64,000 nt of DNA from an uncultured delta proteobacterium (GTDB taxonomy: Bacteria; Myxococcota_A; Polyangia; Fen-1088), in NCBI GenBank assembly GCA_963737265.1, contig CAVTRY010000014.1, positions 320,001 to 384,000 on the forward strand, given 5' to 3'. Of the stretch, positions 34,062 through 44,641 are shown in pieces. The notes below the pieces were generated by a model. The model did not search any database. It saw nothing but the letters and a program-made list of their open reading frames with translations, and had not been told where the DNA came from. Made by a program: the position numbers and the translations under genes. Each line of letters begins with the position of its first letter. The stretch's first letter is position 1.

Positions 34062-34894
34062 GCCTCTACGCCCGTCGTCGGCTGGTCAATCAGGTCGGCC
34101 TGACGCTGTCGATCCTCGCGACGCTATTCGGGCTCTTTTGGCTGGTTTGGTTGCTGTGGACGCTTTTCGGCAATGGGTTGCAATGGATCCGGCCCAGCTT
34201 GTTCGTGGAATCCACGCCGCCACCGGGCGCGAACGGCGGGCTCGCCAACGCCATTGTTGGCAGCGTGATTCTCACCATTGCGGGCGTGGGCATCGGCGCG
34301 CCGGCGGGCATTCTCGCCGGGACGTATTTGGCCGAGTTCGGTCGGACGTCGCGCCTGGGTTCGATTGTCCGCTTCGTCAACGACATTCTACTTAGCGCCC
34401 CGTCCATCATCATCGGCGTCTTCGTCTATGGCCTCATCGTTCTGCGCACCGGCCACTTCTCCGGTTGGGCGGGTGCCATAGCCCTGGCGCTGATCGTGCT
34501 GCCGGTCGTGGTGCGCACCACCGAGAACATGATGCGCCTGGTGCCGGATAGCCTGCGCGAGGCAGCGGCCGCGCTCGGAGCGCCAAGCTGGAGGGTCACC
34601 ATCGTCATCGTCTATCGCAGCGCCTTGCCGGGAATCGCCACAGGCGTGCTGCTCGGGATGGCGCGGGTGAGCGGCGAAACGGCACCGTTGCTGTTCACCG
34701 CGCTCAACAACCAGTTCTGGAGCACCGACATGAGCCGGCCCTTTCCCAATCTGCCGGCCGTGATTTTTCAGTTCGCGATGAGCCCGTACGAAGACTGGCA
34801 ACACCTGGCATGGGCCGGCGCGCTGCTCATCACCGTTACCATCCTCGTCATCAATATTGCCGCCAGGGTGCTTATGAAGCGCAGCAAATCGTGA
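34058..34894 (+). CDS. pstA: phosphate ABC transporter permease
   Basis: [29 protein letters not shown]. Confidence 0.96.
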   Translation: MSLYARRRLVNQVGLTLSILATLFGLFWLVWLLWTLFGNGLQWIRPSLFVESTPPPGANGGLANAIVGSVILTIAGVGIGAPAGILAGTYLAEFGRTSRLGSIVRFVNDILLSAPSIIIGVFVYGLIVLRTGHFSGWAGAIALALIVLPVVVRTTENMMRLVPDSLREAAAALGAPSWRVTIVIVYRSALPGIATGVLLGMARVSGETAPLLFTALNNQFWSTDMSRPFPNLPAVIFQFAMSPYEDWQHLAWAGALLITVTILVINIAARVLMKRSKS

Positions 34895-34902
34895 GGCTAG
34901 CC

Positions 34903-35772
34903 ATGGAATCGCCAAGCTCATCGACAGCGACCGCCAACGAACCACCGGGGCACCCGCCCGCGGAGAAACCGCCCCATCCGGCGGCGAGCCTTCCCGCCAA
35001 GAAGACCGCGCCCGCGCCGGCGCCCAAGGTCGAGATTCGCAGGCTCTGTTTCTTCTACGGCAAATACCAGGCGCTGCACGACGTCGACCTCGACATTCAC
35101 GACCGGCAAATCACGGCGTTCATCGGCCCGTCCGGTTGTGGCAAGTCGACGTTGCTGCGGACCCTCAATCGTATTTACGAGCTCTATCCCGGACAGCACG
35201 CGACGGGAAAGATCATGCTCGGCGGCCGCAACCTTCTCGAACGCGCCGACAACGTCAATCTGCTGCGTGCGCGAGTGGGCATGGTATTTCAAAAACCGAC
35301 GCCGTTCCCCATGTCGGTGCAAGACAATATCAGCTTCGGCGTGCACCTCTACGAGCGTCTCTCGAAGCCCGACATGGCGGATCGGGTGCAATGGGCGCTG
35401 GAAAAGGCCGCGCTTTGGAACGAGGTGAAGGACAAGTTGCGCCAGGATGGAACCGCGCTGTCGGGCGGGCAGCAGCAGCGGCTGTGCATTGCACGCGCCG
35501 TGGCCGTGAAACCAGACGTCTTGCTGCTCGACGAGCCGGCATCCGCGCTCGATCCGATTTCAACGCAGAAGATCGAACAGCTCATCACCGACCTCAAGAA
35601 GGACTACACCATCGCCATCGTGACCCACAACATGCAGCAGGCGGCACGCGTTTCCGACTACACCGCGTTCATGTATCTCGGCCGCCTGATCGAGTTTGGC
35701 GACACCAAGAAGCTGTTCATGAAGCCCGCGCAGCAGCAGACCGAGGAATACATCACAGGAAGATTTGGATGA
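34903..35772 (+). CDS. pstB: phosphate ABC transporter ATP-binding protein
   Basis: [31 protein letters not shown]. Confidence 0.97.
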   Translation: MESPSSSTATANEPPGHPPAEKPPHPAASLPAKKTAPAPAPKVEIRRLCFFYGKYQALHDVDLDIHDRQITAFIGPSGCGKSTLLRTLNRIYELYPGQHATGKIMLGGRNLLERADNVNLLRARVGMVFQKPTPFPMSVQDNISFGVHLYERLSKPDMADRVQWALEKAALWNEVKDKLRQDGTALSGGQQQRLCIARAVAVKPDVLLLDEPASALDPISTQKIEQLITDLKKDYTIAIVTHNMQQAARVSDYTAFMYLGRLIEFGDTKKLFMKPAQQQTEEYITGRFG

Positions 35773-36464
35773 GCCTGCCTCAGCACACCAACCACGACTT
35801 CGAAGCCGAGATCGAGTCCGTGCGGCAACGGATCTTCGATATGGGCAAGCAGGTGGATCGGGTTCTGGAGTCGAGTGGAAAAGCGCTGTTGGCACACGAC
35901 AGCGAGCTCGGTAATTCCATCATCGCCGGGGACGAGGAGACGGACTCGATGGAATTGGAGATCGACCATCTCTGTCTAGAGATCCTGGCGCGCCGGCAGC
36001 CGGTGGCGGGCGATCTGCGCCTTTTGACTTCGGCGCTGAAATTGGTGATCGATCTGGAGCGCATCGGCGATCTCGGCGTCAGCATCGCCGGGCGGGTGGT
36101 GGAACTAGGGGCCGAGCCACCTCTCACCCCTTATGAAGACCTCATTCGGATGCTGACGACGGCGCGCGAGATGTTGGCGGAAGCGCTGGCGGCGCTGCAA
36201 AACCAGGATGTCGCAGGCGCCACTCGGGTCATCGGCAAGGACGAGGTCGTCGACGGGTATTACACCCAGATCTTTAACGATGTCCTCGGCCGTATGCGCG
36301 AGAGCCCCGAGAACGTCTTTCGCGCCACGCGCGTCCAGGCTATCTCCAAGTACATCGAGAGGATCGGAGACCACGCCACGAACGTCGCCGAGCGCGTGAT
36401 CTTCATCCTAAGCGGCGACGACATCCGTCACACCACCCGGGTGCGCCGGAGCGACCTTTCCTAA
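35769..36464 (+). CDS. phoU: phosphate signalling protein PhoU
   Basis: [28 protein letters not shown]; ATGA overlap with pstB. Confidence 0.95.
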   Translation: MSLPQHTNHDFEAEIESVRQRIFDMGKQVDRVLESSGKALLAHDSELGNSIIAGDEETDSMELEIDHLCLEILARRQPVAGDLRLLTSALKLVIDLERIGDLGVSIAGRVVELGAEPPLTPYEDLIRMLTTAREMLAEALAALQNQDVAGATRVIGKDEVVDGYYTQIFNDVLGRMRESPENVFRATRVQAISKYIERIGDHATNVAERVIFILSGDDIRHTTRVRRSDLS

Positions 36465-36479
36465 TCAAAGGAGATCGTC

Positions 36480-36725
36480 ATGAGTCAGGAGCAATGTCAA
36501 AGCTGTGCGATGCCCATCGAAAGCGGCAGCTACTGCAAGTACTGCGTTGACGAGAAGGGCCACTTGCAACCATTCGAAGAGCGTTTCCAGCGCATGGTGC
36601 AATGGACATCGAGGCGGAACCCGGAAATTTCCTTGGACGAAGCCCAGAGGCAAACGCTCGCCACCATGGCGCAGATGCCAGCCTGGCGCGACCACCCCAA
36701 GGTGAAGGCAGCCGCAGGTAGATAG
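36480..36725 (+). CDS. zinc-ribbon domain protein
   Basis: CQSCAMP..YCKYC; AAGGAG RBS. Confidence 0.8.
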   Translation: MSQEQCQSCAMPIESGSYCKYCVDEKGHLQPFEERFQRMVQWTSRRNPEISLDEAQRQTLATMAQMPAWRDHPKVKAAAGR

Positions 36726-36761
36726 AGGTTTCACCACCAGAGGGCCCGCTGGGCGGCGCCG

Positions 36762-39251
36762 TCAGCCCTTGGTTTTCTTGCCCGGCTGCTGGTCGGCCTT
36801 TACTTCGTCCATGGTCGTGCGCAAGCTGCCACCGGTGTCGCTGGCTTTCACTCCGGGGGGGCGTTGCCAGGGCACGTCCTTGAGCGGCTGGCCGGCGGTG
36901 ACTTCGTGAAGGTAGCGGGCAGTCATGGGCACGGTGAGCATGAAGGCGGCGTCTTTGAATCCAAGCGGACGCTCGCGCCGGTCGTCGCCGATCCAGCTGG
37001 TGGTCATCCAGCGCGAGGTGTAGCCCACGAACCAGGTGTCCATGGTCGCGCTGGAGGTGCCGGTCTTGCCCGCGACCAACAAGCCCGAGCTGCGTAGCGC
37101 GGGCGCGTGTCCCTTGGTCACCACATGGCGCAGAAGCTGCGAGGTGAGCCACGCGGTCCGCGGAGGCATCACGTTGGTCACGCGCCTGCCAGCCAGGGCC
37201 ACCATGCGATCGAGGCGCAGATCGGGTGCGCTCATGGGATCGGACACGACGGTGCTGTCTTCCAGGACCTGCCCCGCGCGATCGCGCACGCGCCGCACGT
37301 AAACCGGATCCGAAAGCGATCCGTTGCGCGCGAAGGCCGAAAAGGCACGCGTCAGCTCGTCGATGCGGGTGCAGGACGCGCCGAGGGCGAGCGCCTGGTC
37401 GGGAATGATCGGCGTCGTGATTCCCAATTTGCGCGCCCAGGACTCGACATCCTTGCCGCCAAGGAGCTTGAACAGCTGCACCGACGGCACGTTCTTCGAC
37501 CAAATCAGCGCGTACTCCAGATTCACCTGGTACTCGACGGTGTTGTTGAGGTTTTGCGGTATCCAGACCTCGCCGGTGATGGGATCCACTTCGGCGCGCG
37601 GAGTGTCGTTGAGCAGAGACGCGTAGCCGTAGCCGCGGTCGAGGGCGAGCGAATAATAGATGGGCTTGTAGGTCGAGCCCGGCTGGCGGCATGCTTGCAC
37701 GACGCGGTTGAATTCGGATCGGTCGAAGTCGAGGCCACCCACCATGGCCAGCACATAGCCAGTTTGGTGGTCGTAGGAAAACAGCGAACCCTGCACGTGC
37801 GGCGTCTGTTCCAATCGGAGCGTCATCGGGCCGGGCGCCGACTTGCGCTCGGGACTGGCCGGGATCCACTGCACCTCGCCCGCGCTGTCGTAGGTCCAGT
37901 CGGAAAATCGGCGAATGCGCGAAGCCAACGCGGGCGTTACCCACACCACATCCCCCGCGTGAAGCACGCCCGCCGTGTTGGTCAGCGTCTTACTGTTGGT
38001 CGAGTCCGTCGTGCTGTATGGGAAGGCCCATTCCATTCCCGACGACGGCAAGGGGTAGGTCTTCTCGCCCACCCGCACTTGTGCGCCTTTGCCGCCGCTC
38101 GTGCCTTCGACCAGGCCGAGGTAGAGGCGTCCCTCGACGGGCCGGGTGGCGCCGTAGCGCGCGTTCGCTCGGCGGCGGAATTCGTCGGCCGCCGGGCCGG
38201 CCAGACGAACCACGGGTCCGCGCCAGCCTTGGCGCTTGTCGAGCTTGCGGAGCGAGAAGTCGACGTTTTCCTGCGCGGCTTCGTCGATCCACGGCACCAG
38301 CGTGGTTTCGATTTCGAGGCCGCCTTCCCACAGTGCCTTTTCGCCGTAGCGCTTGCCGATGTCGCGGCGGACGTGCTCGGCGAAGTAGGGCGAACGCTCG
38401 CGAAACACATCCGGCGGTTGCCGCACGACCAGCGGACGCGCGCGCAGGTTGTCCGCCGTCGCCTCGTCGATGACGCCGGCGGTGGCCATGGCCGCCAGCA
38501 CTTGATCGCGGCGTGCTCGTGTCAGGTCGGGCGCGAGCAGCGGCGAGTAGCGACTGGGCGCTTGCGCGATGCCGGCGATGGTGGCCATCTCGGCCAAGTC
38601 AAGGTCGCTGACCTGCTTGTTGAAATAGCGACGCGCGGCCGCGGCCACGCCGTACGATTGGTGGCCGAGAAAAATCTGGTTGAGGTAGAGGGTCAAAATC
38701 TGATCTTTGGCGTAGCTTGCCTCCAGTCGACGGGCGAGGATCGCCTCGCGGATCTTTCGCTGCAGGGTTTGCTCGGACGAACGCAGGAACGCGCGCGCCA
38801 CCTGCTGAGTGATGGTCGAGCCGCCTTGGACCACGTGGCCGGCACGCAGGTTGGCGACCAGGGCGCGCACCATGCCGCGGTAGTCGAGGCCGCCGTGCTC
38901 GTAGAAGCGCCGGTCTTCGATGGCGACGAAGGCGCGCGGCAGATTCCTGGGAAAGGCCTCGAGGGGCAGAATCTCGCGGCGCTCGCTCGCCAGCTCGGCG
39001 AGGATGGTGCCGTCCCACGCGTGCACGCGCGTCGACTCGGCGGTCTCCTGCCGGTAGCGGTCGAAGTCCGGCAAGCTTGGCAACGTGGCCGCGAAATAGG
39101 CGTAAAGGCCGAGTCCTGCCAGCACGGCGAGCCCGGCCAGGCACAGGGCCGCGAAGCCATAGAATTTGAAAAGCCAGAACCAGAACCCGCCGTCCGAGGG
39201 ATTGCTGACCTCGACGCAGGCTGGCTCTGGCGAGGAACGTCGCCAACTCAC
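36762..39251 (-). CDS. mrcA: penicillin-binding protein 1A family
   Basis: EDRRFYEH, GGSTITQQ, RKIRE, QPGSTYK, SKN, KTG. Confidence 0.93.
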   Translation of the reverse strand: MSWRRSSPEPACVEVSNPSDGGFWFWLFKFYGFAALCLAGLAVLAGLGLYAYFAATLPSLPDFDRYRQETAESTRVHAWDGTILAELASERREILPLEAFPRNLPRAFVAIEDRRFYEHGGLDYRGMVRALVANLRAGHVVQGGSTITQQVARAFLRSSEQTLQRKIREAILARRLEASYAKDQILTLYLNQIFLGHQSYGVAAAARRYFNKQVSDLDLAEMATIAGIAQAPSRYSPLLAPDLTRARRDQVLAAMATAGVIDEATADNLRARPLVVRQPPDVFRERSPYFAEHVRRDIGKRYGEKALWEGGLEIETTLVPWIDEAAQENVDFSLRKLDKRQGWRGPVVRLAGPAADEFRRRANARYGATRPVEGRLYLGLVEGTSGGKGAQVRVGEKTYPLPSSGMEWAFPYSTTDSTNSKTLTNTAGVLHAGDVVWVTPALASRIRRFSDWTYDSAGEVQWIPASPERKSAPGPMTLRLEQTPHVQGSLFSYDHQTGYVLAMVGGLDFDRSEFNRVVQACRQPGSTYKPIYYSLALDRGYGYASLLNDTPRAEVDPITGEVWIPQNLNNTVEYQVNLEYALIWSKNVPSVQLFKLLGGKDVESWARKLGITTPIIPDQALALGASCTRIDELTRAFSAFARNGSLSDPVYVRRVRDRAGQVLEDSTVVSDPMSAPDLRLDRMVALAGRRVTNVMPPRTAWLTSQLLRHVVTKGHAPALRSSGLLVAGKTGTSSATMDTWFVGYTSRWMTTSWIGDDRRERPLGFKDAAFMLTVPMTARYLHEVTAGQPLKDVPWQRPPGVKASDTGGSLRTTMDEVKADQQPGKKTKG

Positions 39252-39295
39252 GCGCGGAATGTAGCAGCCCGAGGCGAAAGTCTCTAGCGGGCACT

Positions 39296-40312
39296 CATAC
39301 GTAGGTACTTAGGCGACGGCCACATGGCGAAGTCCCGCGGCGAGGCGTCCGGTTTTTCGGTCGCGCTTCGGATGTGCCCGAAGCGTGTTGCCAACGAGGA
39401 AAGCGAAGGCGGCGCGTATGTCGTCGAAGAGGCTCGTGCTGCATTCAAGGACGGCAGCCAGGATTGCGTCGAGGAAGTGCTTGGCGGAACGGGCTGCGCG
39501 CTGTGTGGACAGCGGGATGCCGCACCACGCTCGGCCGCGTGGGTGATGCAGCGCTTGAGCGTAGCTGCGAGGAGGCTGGCCCAGATCAAGCCCTCGGCGA
39601 TGGGGGCCTTGCCGGTGTCGAATTTGTGGAGGTTTGAGCGGGATTTCCATTCTTTGAACAGCAGCTCAACTTGCCACCTTAGCCTGTAGATCTGCCCCAC
39701 GTCGTGCGCGGAGAAAGTCTCACGGGGCAAGTTCGTGTGTAGGTAGACAAAGGCCGCCTTGTTTTGCTTTCCTTCGGCATAGATGACGACGAGACGACCG
39801 CTGTAGGGCTTGCCCGAGTCGCGCTTCCAATCGATGTCGAGGTCGACGTCATGACGGGGAAGCAGGGACCACGAGAGGCGCCTTCCTTCAAGGTGACGGA
39901 GACGTCTGCCCTGGCTATCGCGAGCGGTCCGGATGGTCGGCCGGATGCTCTTTGTGCCACGGACTATGAAGGAACCGTCGGCGTCTTGTACGGCGACGAA
40001 GAACTCTCGCTCCTGGTATCCACGGTCCTCAAGCAGCAGGTGGTTCTTGAGAGAAGCCGCCTTGGGAGAGAACGGCCGCTCAGCCTCCCTGTCCGGAGCC
40101 AAGGTAATCGCGACCGGGTTGTCGCTGAGGACACTCATCGTGACGTGGAGTTCTACCGCAGCCGGTGTCAGCTTCTTGAAGCGCCCCGGCCACTTCCTCG
40201 AACTGGGCCAGCTTGCTCTTCGGTAACCCCTCGAGCACGGGCGCCGTGAGCTTTGCCAGCAACTCCTCCAGAATCGCGCGTACGAAGCCACGATCCACGC
40301 ACAAGGGTTCCG
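39296..40312 (-). mobile_element. IS4-family transposase remnant (5' truncated, internally deleted, frameshifted)
   Basis: DRGY and YRLRWQVELLFKEWKS signatures; end CATACGTAGGTACTTAGG at 39296 resembles IS186/IS231-group ends; other end not found. Confidence 0.85.
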
Positions 40313-40338
40313 CCGAAATGCAGGTTAGAGATTCCGCG

Positions 40339-40914
40339 CTATTGGCTCATCGGGCACATGGGCGAGCCGCAAGGACACCCTTCCATTCCCTGCCCCATGC
40401 CCATGTCCATCCCATGGCCACGTCCAGGTCCGCCGCCACCGCGTCGACCCTTGGGGCCAGCGCCTCCCATCATTCCGGGGCCCATACCCATTCCGCGGCC
40501 AGGACCGGACTGCGCCCATTCCGCCCTCTGCGCTGGCGTGAGCAACGCGTGAACTTCTAGTCCGAAGTCGGTCCAGATTGCTCGCATCTTCTGGTGGATG
40601 GCATCCATCTCGGCTTGCTTGCCTGTGATGGCCTTGCGATCCGGCTTCTCGACCGCCCAAAGCTGTCGCATCTCGACCATCTTGGTCTCCAGTTCGCCGC
40701 GAAGAGGAGCGGCCTTTTCCTTGGCAGCGGCACGCAGGGCGGCGATCTTCGTCTCTTGGTCCGGGGTCAAGTTGGATGCAGGAGCCTTCTGACCCATGGC
40801 GCCTCTTCCCACTCCAGGAGGCGAATTGGCGCCGGGGCCTTGTGCCAACGCAGGCGAAACTGCTCCCACCAACAACATCATCACGAGTCCCATGGAACTG
40901 AATGTCTTGTGCAT
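40339..40914 (-). CDS. Spy/CpxP/ZraP-like periplasmic protein
   Basis: Signal peptide, LTPDQ and LTPAQ motifs, Gly/Met-rich tail ending CPCGSPMC. Confidence 0.82.
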   Translation of the reverse strand: MHKTFSSMGLVMMLLVGAVSPALAQGPGANSPPGVGRGAMGQKAPASNLTPDQETKIAALRAAAKEKAAPLRGELETKMVEMRQLWAVEKPDRKAITGKQAEMDAIHQKMRAIWTDFGLEVHALLTPAQRAEWAQSGPGRGMGMGPGMMGGAGPKGRRGGGGPGRGHGMDMGMGQGMEGCPCGSPMCPMSQ

Positions 40915-40926
40915 GTTTCTCCTCCG

Positions 40927-41940
40927 TTACGTTCGTACGATCGGGCGCGAATTGTAAGTGTTCCAGAATAGCACCGTCTTGTCGGCAAGCTGGTTGTTCC
41001 GGGCGTCGGCGACCACGGCGGCCAGCGCTTTTGCCGTGTAGGTTGTTTCAAGTCGCAACCCGTGGAAAGTCGCAAGGGCGACTGCCTCACGCGCTTCGGC
41101 GGTGGGCTGCGCGTAGCCATCACCGAAGAACCCTTCCCGCACGTGAAGTCCCACATTCTCTGGTATCAACAGGGGAAACCCAGGATCGGATTCTTGCAAC
41201 AGGGCCAATGCTTCTTTCATGGTCTGCCTCGAACGGGCCAGACCCGCGATTTCAGCTGGGACGACGCGCACACCGATGACCTGAGTCGACAGTCCAAGTG
41301 CCGCGAATCCGATGGCGAGCCCGCTTGCCGTTCCCATCGAGCCCAGGGCGACGTAGACAACGTCGGGCATGGGCAGGTGGCCACGTTCGATCTGCGCCGC
41401 CAGCTCAAGGGCCGCGTTGACGAATCCAATCGTCCCTCGGGGGACTGTCCCGCCGAAGGGAATGACGAACGGTTCGATGCCATCCTGGCGGGCAAGTTCA
41501 ATTTGCAGGTCGGCGGCCCGAGTAAGTGACTCCTGGTGCGATTCCGCGAAGCACAAGGTGGCGCCAGCGGCGCGACCGGCGTGGAGATTCGCCTCCAGAT
41601 AGGATGTAGACGGCTGAGGCGTGAGCACGGCGTGAACCTTCAGGCCGAGTTTTTGGCCGTAGACCGCCGTGGCGCGCACGTGATTCGATCCGCGCGCCCC
41701 GAAAGTAATGACCGACTTGCGCCTTTCGGCCAAAGCTTGTCCAAGCAGGAATTCGAGCTTGCGGACTTTGTTGCCGCCGTAGGCTTCACCCGAGAGGTCG
41801 TCCCGCTTGACGAAGAGCGAGCGAAGCCCAAGCCGCCGGGCCAACTCTGTCCATGGCTCGACAGGCGTAGGAAGGGATGCGAGCGCCACGTGCGCGAGCG
41901 CCTTGGTTCCTGGAAAACGGTCATGCAAGGGCAAGGTCAT
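40927..41940 (-). CDS. D-cysteine desulfhydrase/ACC deaminase family PLP enzyme
   Basis: PTPV, KRDD..G.AYGGNKVRKLEF, SNH, GSMGT, YTAK. Confidence 0.9.
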   Translation of the reverse strand: MTLPLHDRFPGTKALAHVALASLPTPVEPWTELARRLGLRSLFVKRDDLSGEAYGGNKVRKLEFLLGQALAERRKSVITFGARGSNHVRATAVYGQKLGLKVHAVLTPQPSTSYLEANLHAGRAAGATLCFAESHQESLTRAADLQIELARQDGIEPFVIPFGGTVPRGTIGFVNAALELAAQIERGHLPMPDVVYVALGSMGTASGLAIGFAALGLSTQVIGVRVVPAEIAGLARSRQTMKEALALLQESDPGFPLLIPENVGLHVREGFFGDGYAQPTAEAREAVALATFHGLRLETTYTAKALAAVVADARNNQLADKTVLFWNTYNSRPIVRT

Positions 41941-41959
41941 GGCATCACTCTATTGGGGG

Positions 41960-42253
41960 CTACACTGTCTCCAGACGGATGGCCTCGTTCGGGCAGCACG
42001 GAACGCACTGGCCGCAGCCATCGCAGCGTTCGGCGCAGATGGCGATGCGAGCTGGCTCGCAGGGCACTTCCATGGTCGAACAGTACTTCACGCATTTTGC
42101 GCAGCAGAAATTCATGGGCTCTTCGATAGCGTGGTGAGGACAGCTGGAAACACATAGCCCACAGGAAGTGCACTTGGTCGTGTCGAGTACTGCCCTGTGC
42201 GCTCCGGTTGCAGCGTGTCCTCTTTCGGCGACGGGACTACCGTGTTCGTTCAT
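41960..42253 (-). CDS. 4Fe-4S dicluster ferredoxin with extra Cys-rich insert
   Basis: CTSCGLCVSSCP and CDGCGQCVPCCP plus central CCAKCVKYC. Confidence 0.82.
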   Translation of the reverse strand: MNEHGSPVAERGHAATGAHRAVLDTTKCTSCGLCVSSCPHHAIEEPMNFCCAKCVKYCSTMEVPCEPARIAICAERCDGCGQCVPCCPNEAIRLETV

Positions 42254-42275
42254 CGCGCTTGCTCCAGGTGGCGGG

Positions 42276-42809
42276 TCAGTGCGGCGTGATTTCGACCATC
42301 GCGCCGTCGGCGTAGCGCCTTGCCAACGCGACATACAGTGTCTTCGCCGTGTGGGTCATCATGTGGTGGCGTTCATCGATGTCTCCGACGATCCGCACGG
42401 GCACGCCAACCGCGACCCTCCCGGGCGGGATCTTCTGGTGATTCTTCACCATTCCCATTTCGCCCACGATGGAGCCGGCGCCGACCTCGGCGTAGTCGCT
42501 GATTACGGCGCGCATCCCGATGACAGCACCATCTTCCGCCGTGGCATTGTGGACCATGGCACCGTGGCCCACCGTCACGCGCGCGCCAATGCGAGTACAT
42601 TCGTCGTGCCGGGAATGAACGATTACGCCTTCCTCGATGGCAGTCTCGTCGCCAATCTCGATGGAACCGAAGTCGCCGCGCAGGATGGCGCCATGGCCGA
42701 TGTAGCAACGCTCGCCGATGGTGACTTTTCCAATGATCTGCGCCGACGGTGCGATGTAGGTTGTCGCCGCGATGACCGGCCGATGATTCTCAAATGCGTA
42801 GACGGGCAT
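42276..42809 (-). CDS. gamma carbonic anhydrase family protein
   Basis: Hexapeptide repeats, LRGD, VH..., TVGHGAMVH. Confidence 0.9.
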   Translation of the reverse strand: MPVYAFENHRPVIAATTYIAPSAQIIGKVTIGERCYIGHGAILRGDFGSIEIGDETAIEEGVIVHSRHDECTRIGARVTVGHGAMVHNATAEDGAVIGMRAVISDYAEVGAGSIVGEMGMVKNHQKIPPGRVAVGVPVRIVGDIDERHHMMTHTAKTLYVALARRYADGAMVEITPH

Positions 42810-42818
42810 CCGTGGTCC

Positions 42819-43310
42819 TCACGTGGGATTGCGATGAAATCGTTCGTCTGCCACGATGCGATTTTCACCAGCAGCATCGAACCAGCCGGCTTTCGATCCT
42901 GGGTAGGCATCGAAGTCCGGTACATAGGGCTTGATGTCGAGCAGTGGGGTGCCGTCGAGAACGTCGATGTCGGCCACGTGTAGCACCTGGCCCTCCCTTC
43001 GCAGCAGCCGGACCACGGACATTCCGATGGGGTTGGGTCGACACGGGGAGCGGGTTGCGAAGAGTCCGTGCTCTTGGGTGTCGCGGTAGGGTACGACGTG
43101 CGTCTTGAAACCCGTGATCCGGTCGAGCCAGTAGATTAACCAGACTCGCTCGAAGCCTTCGATGTCATCCAGCGCGGCAGCAAAGGCTTCAGCGATGAGA
43201 ACCTTGCCCTCGGCGCCCTGGGCATAGCAAGGTTGAATGGGAGTGCCCGCCGCATCGGCGAAGGGGCTACGGATGACCCCAACTGTGCGCAAGCTGAAGG
43301 GGGATGGCAT
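42819..43310 (-). CDS. tsaA: TsaA/TrmO tRNA methyltransferase family
   Basis: GVIRSPF, GLFATRSPCRPNPIG, DVLDGTPLLDIKPY. Confidence 0.9.
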   Translation of the reverse strand: MPSPFSLRTVGVIRSPFADAAGTPIQPCYAQGAEGKVLIAEAFAAALDDIEGFERVWLIYWLDRITGFKTHVVPYRDTQEHGLFATRSPCRPNPIGMSVVRLLRREGQVLHVADIDVLDGTPLLDIKPYVPDFDAYPGSKAGWFDAAGENRIVADERFHRNPT

Positions 43311-43348
43311 GGAGTTCTCGTCGCTACACACCGCAGGTGCCTAGAGTT

Positions 43349-43744
43349 CTAAGGGTGATCGTGGCCGTGGCCCTGGCCTTGGCCGTGCCCACCGCACGCC
43401 ATGCCCGGCTGCATACGCATGAGGGAGCCTGCCTTGAATGCCTCGACGGTGGTTGAAACCGTTGGGTGCTCGGCACGGAAGACGCTGAGTCCGGCCGCCA
43501 TCAACTTGTTGAGGGCGCCCATGCCAATGCCACCCACCACGATGCCGTCGAGGATCTCGCCCTGGAGCAACGCGAAGGGCGAACACGTGCCGTGCTCATG
43601 ATGCTGATTCCGATTCACAATAGCGCGGCAATCATTGTTGTCGGTATCCACGATCAGGAATGCGGGGGCCGAACCGAAATGGGCGCAGACTTCACTCTGA
43701 AGCCCAAGGTCGTCGTTCACTGGGATACAGATTCGCATGGTCAC
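43349..43744 (-). CDS. NifB/NifX family FeMo-cofactor-binding-like protein
   Basis: RICIP, HFGSAPAF, GGIG.GA; His-rich tail. Confidence 0.88.
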   Translation of the reverse strand: MTMRICIPVNDDLGLQSEVCAHFGSAPAFLIVDTDNNDCRAIVNRNQHHEHGTCSPFALLQGEILDGIVVGGIGMGALNKLMAAGLSVFRAEHPTVSTTVEAFKAGSLMRMQPGMACGGHGQGQGHGHDHP

Positions 43745-43797
43745 TTCTCCTTGATGGATGGCCTTCCGGCCGGGTTACGTCCGGAGGACATTCCGGG

Positions 43798-44127
43798 TCA
43801 TTTCTTCTTGTCGTGCAACTCACAGCAGCGACGGCCTTCGTGCTGAACGGGGCCGCCTTCGATGCGCAGTGCCTTGCCATGCACCAGGACGTCCGCAACC
43901 TTCCGGTGCGCAGATTCGACAATCCTGCTGAATGTCGGGCGAGACACGCCCATCTGTTCGGCGGCTTGTTCCTGGTAGAGCCCGACGAGGTCGGCCTGTC
44001 GAAGTGCCTCGAACTCGTCGAGGGTCATCACGACCTCCTCGATCTCGCGCATGGGGATGCCGGTAGGTTTGAAGATCGAAGCGGCCGGTTTCCCGGCGAT
44101 CATGCGGCAGCAGAATGGTCTTGGCAC
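43798..44127 (-). CDS. DUF134 HTH protein
   Basis: PRP..CR, FKP.G, DEFEALR, QEQAAEQMGVSRPTF, LRIEGG. Confidence 0.9.
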   Translation of the reverse strand: MPRPFCCRMIAGKPAASIFKPTGIPMREIEEVVMTLDEFEALRQADLVGLYQEQAAEQMGVSRPTFSRIVESAHRKVADVLVHGKALRIEGGPVQHEGRRCCELHDKKK

Positions 44128-44641
44128 CCGAATACCTTCGGAGGCATTATGGACATATGTGCACAATTGTCAAGCGGGACCATAGGCATTTCGAAGGGGC
44201 ATTTCGAAGGGGTGTTTTGAGCGTCGGAGAACCCTGCCGGACCGCATCAGGTCGGCCCTGATCACGTTGGCGCAGCGCACTTGACCGGGTTTCTGGGGCC
44301 TGACGGGGTCTTTCTCGAGCACGCAGGGGAGTCTACTCCATCCCGCCCTGGTCGAGGTGCCGTCAGTTCAGCCAGTCTCCGCCCTCGCCACCAGATTGCG
44401 AGGGAGGCGGCCGTGCGGGCCAGAGCTTGGGCGCCTCGATGGGTAGCCCCATGGCAGAGAGAATCTTTTTGATGGTGTCCTCGGTCTCGATCATGGCGAT
44501 GAGGCGCAGCGGGCTCTTGGCAGCACGGGCAGATCGTGTCGATGTCGAATGTCTTTTTTAGGAGCTGGCTCCAAGAAATATAGTGTGAAAGGAGCAGTGA
44601 AGGCTTGTCGTTTTCCTCGGGCGTGGCCGCGGCCGGGACTG

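Noticed and set aside
37107-39287. Long antisense ORFs here and opposite prkA and other genes
   Set aside because: Expected from high-GC codon bias; no motifs
39250-39295. CGCGGAATGTAGCAGCCC resembles a tRNA 5' end next to the IS
   Set aside because: No anticodon arm, T-loop (GTTCRA) or acceptor stem complement
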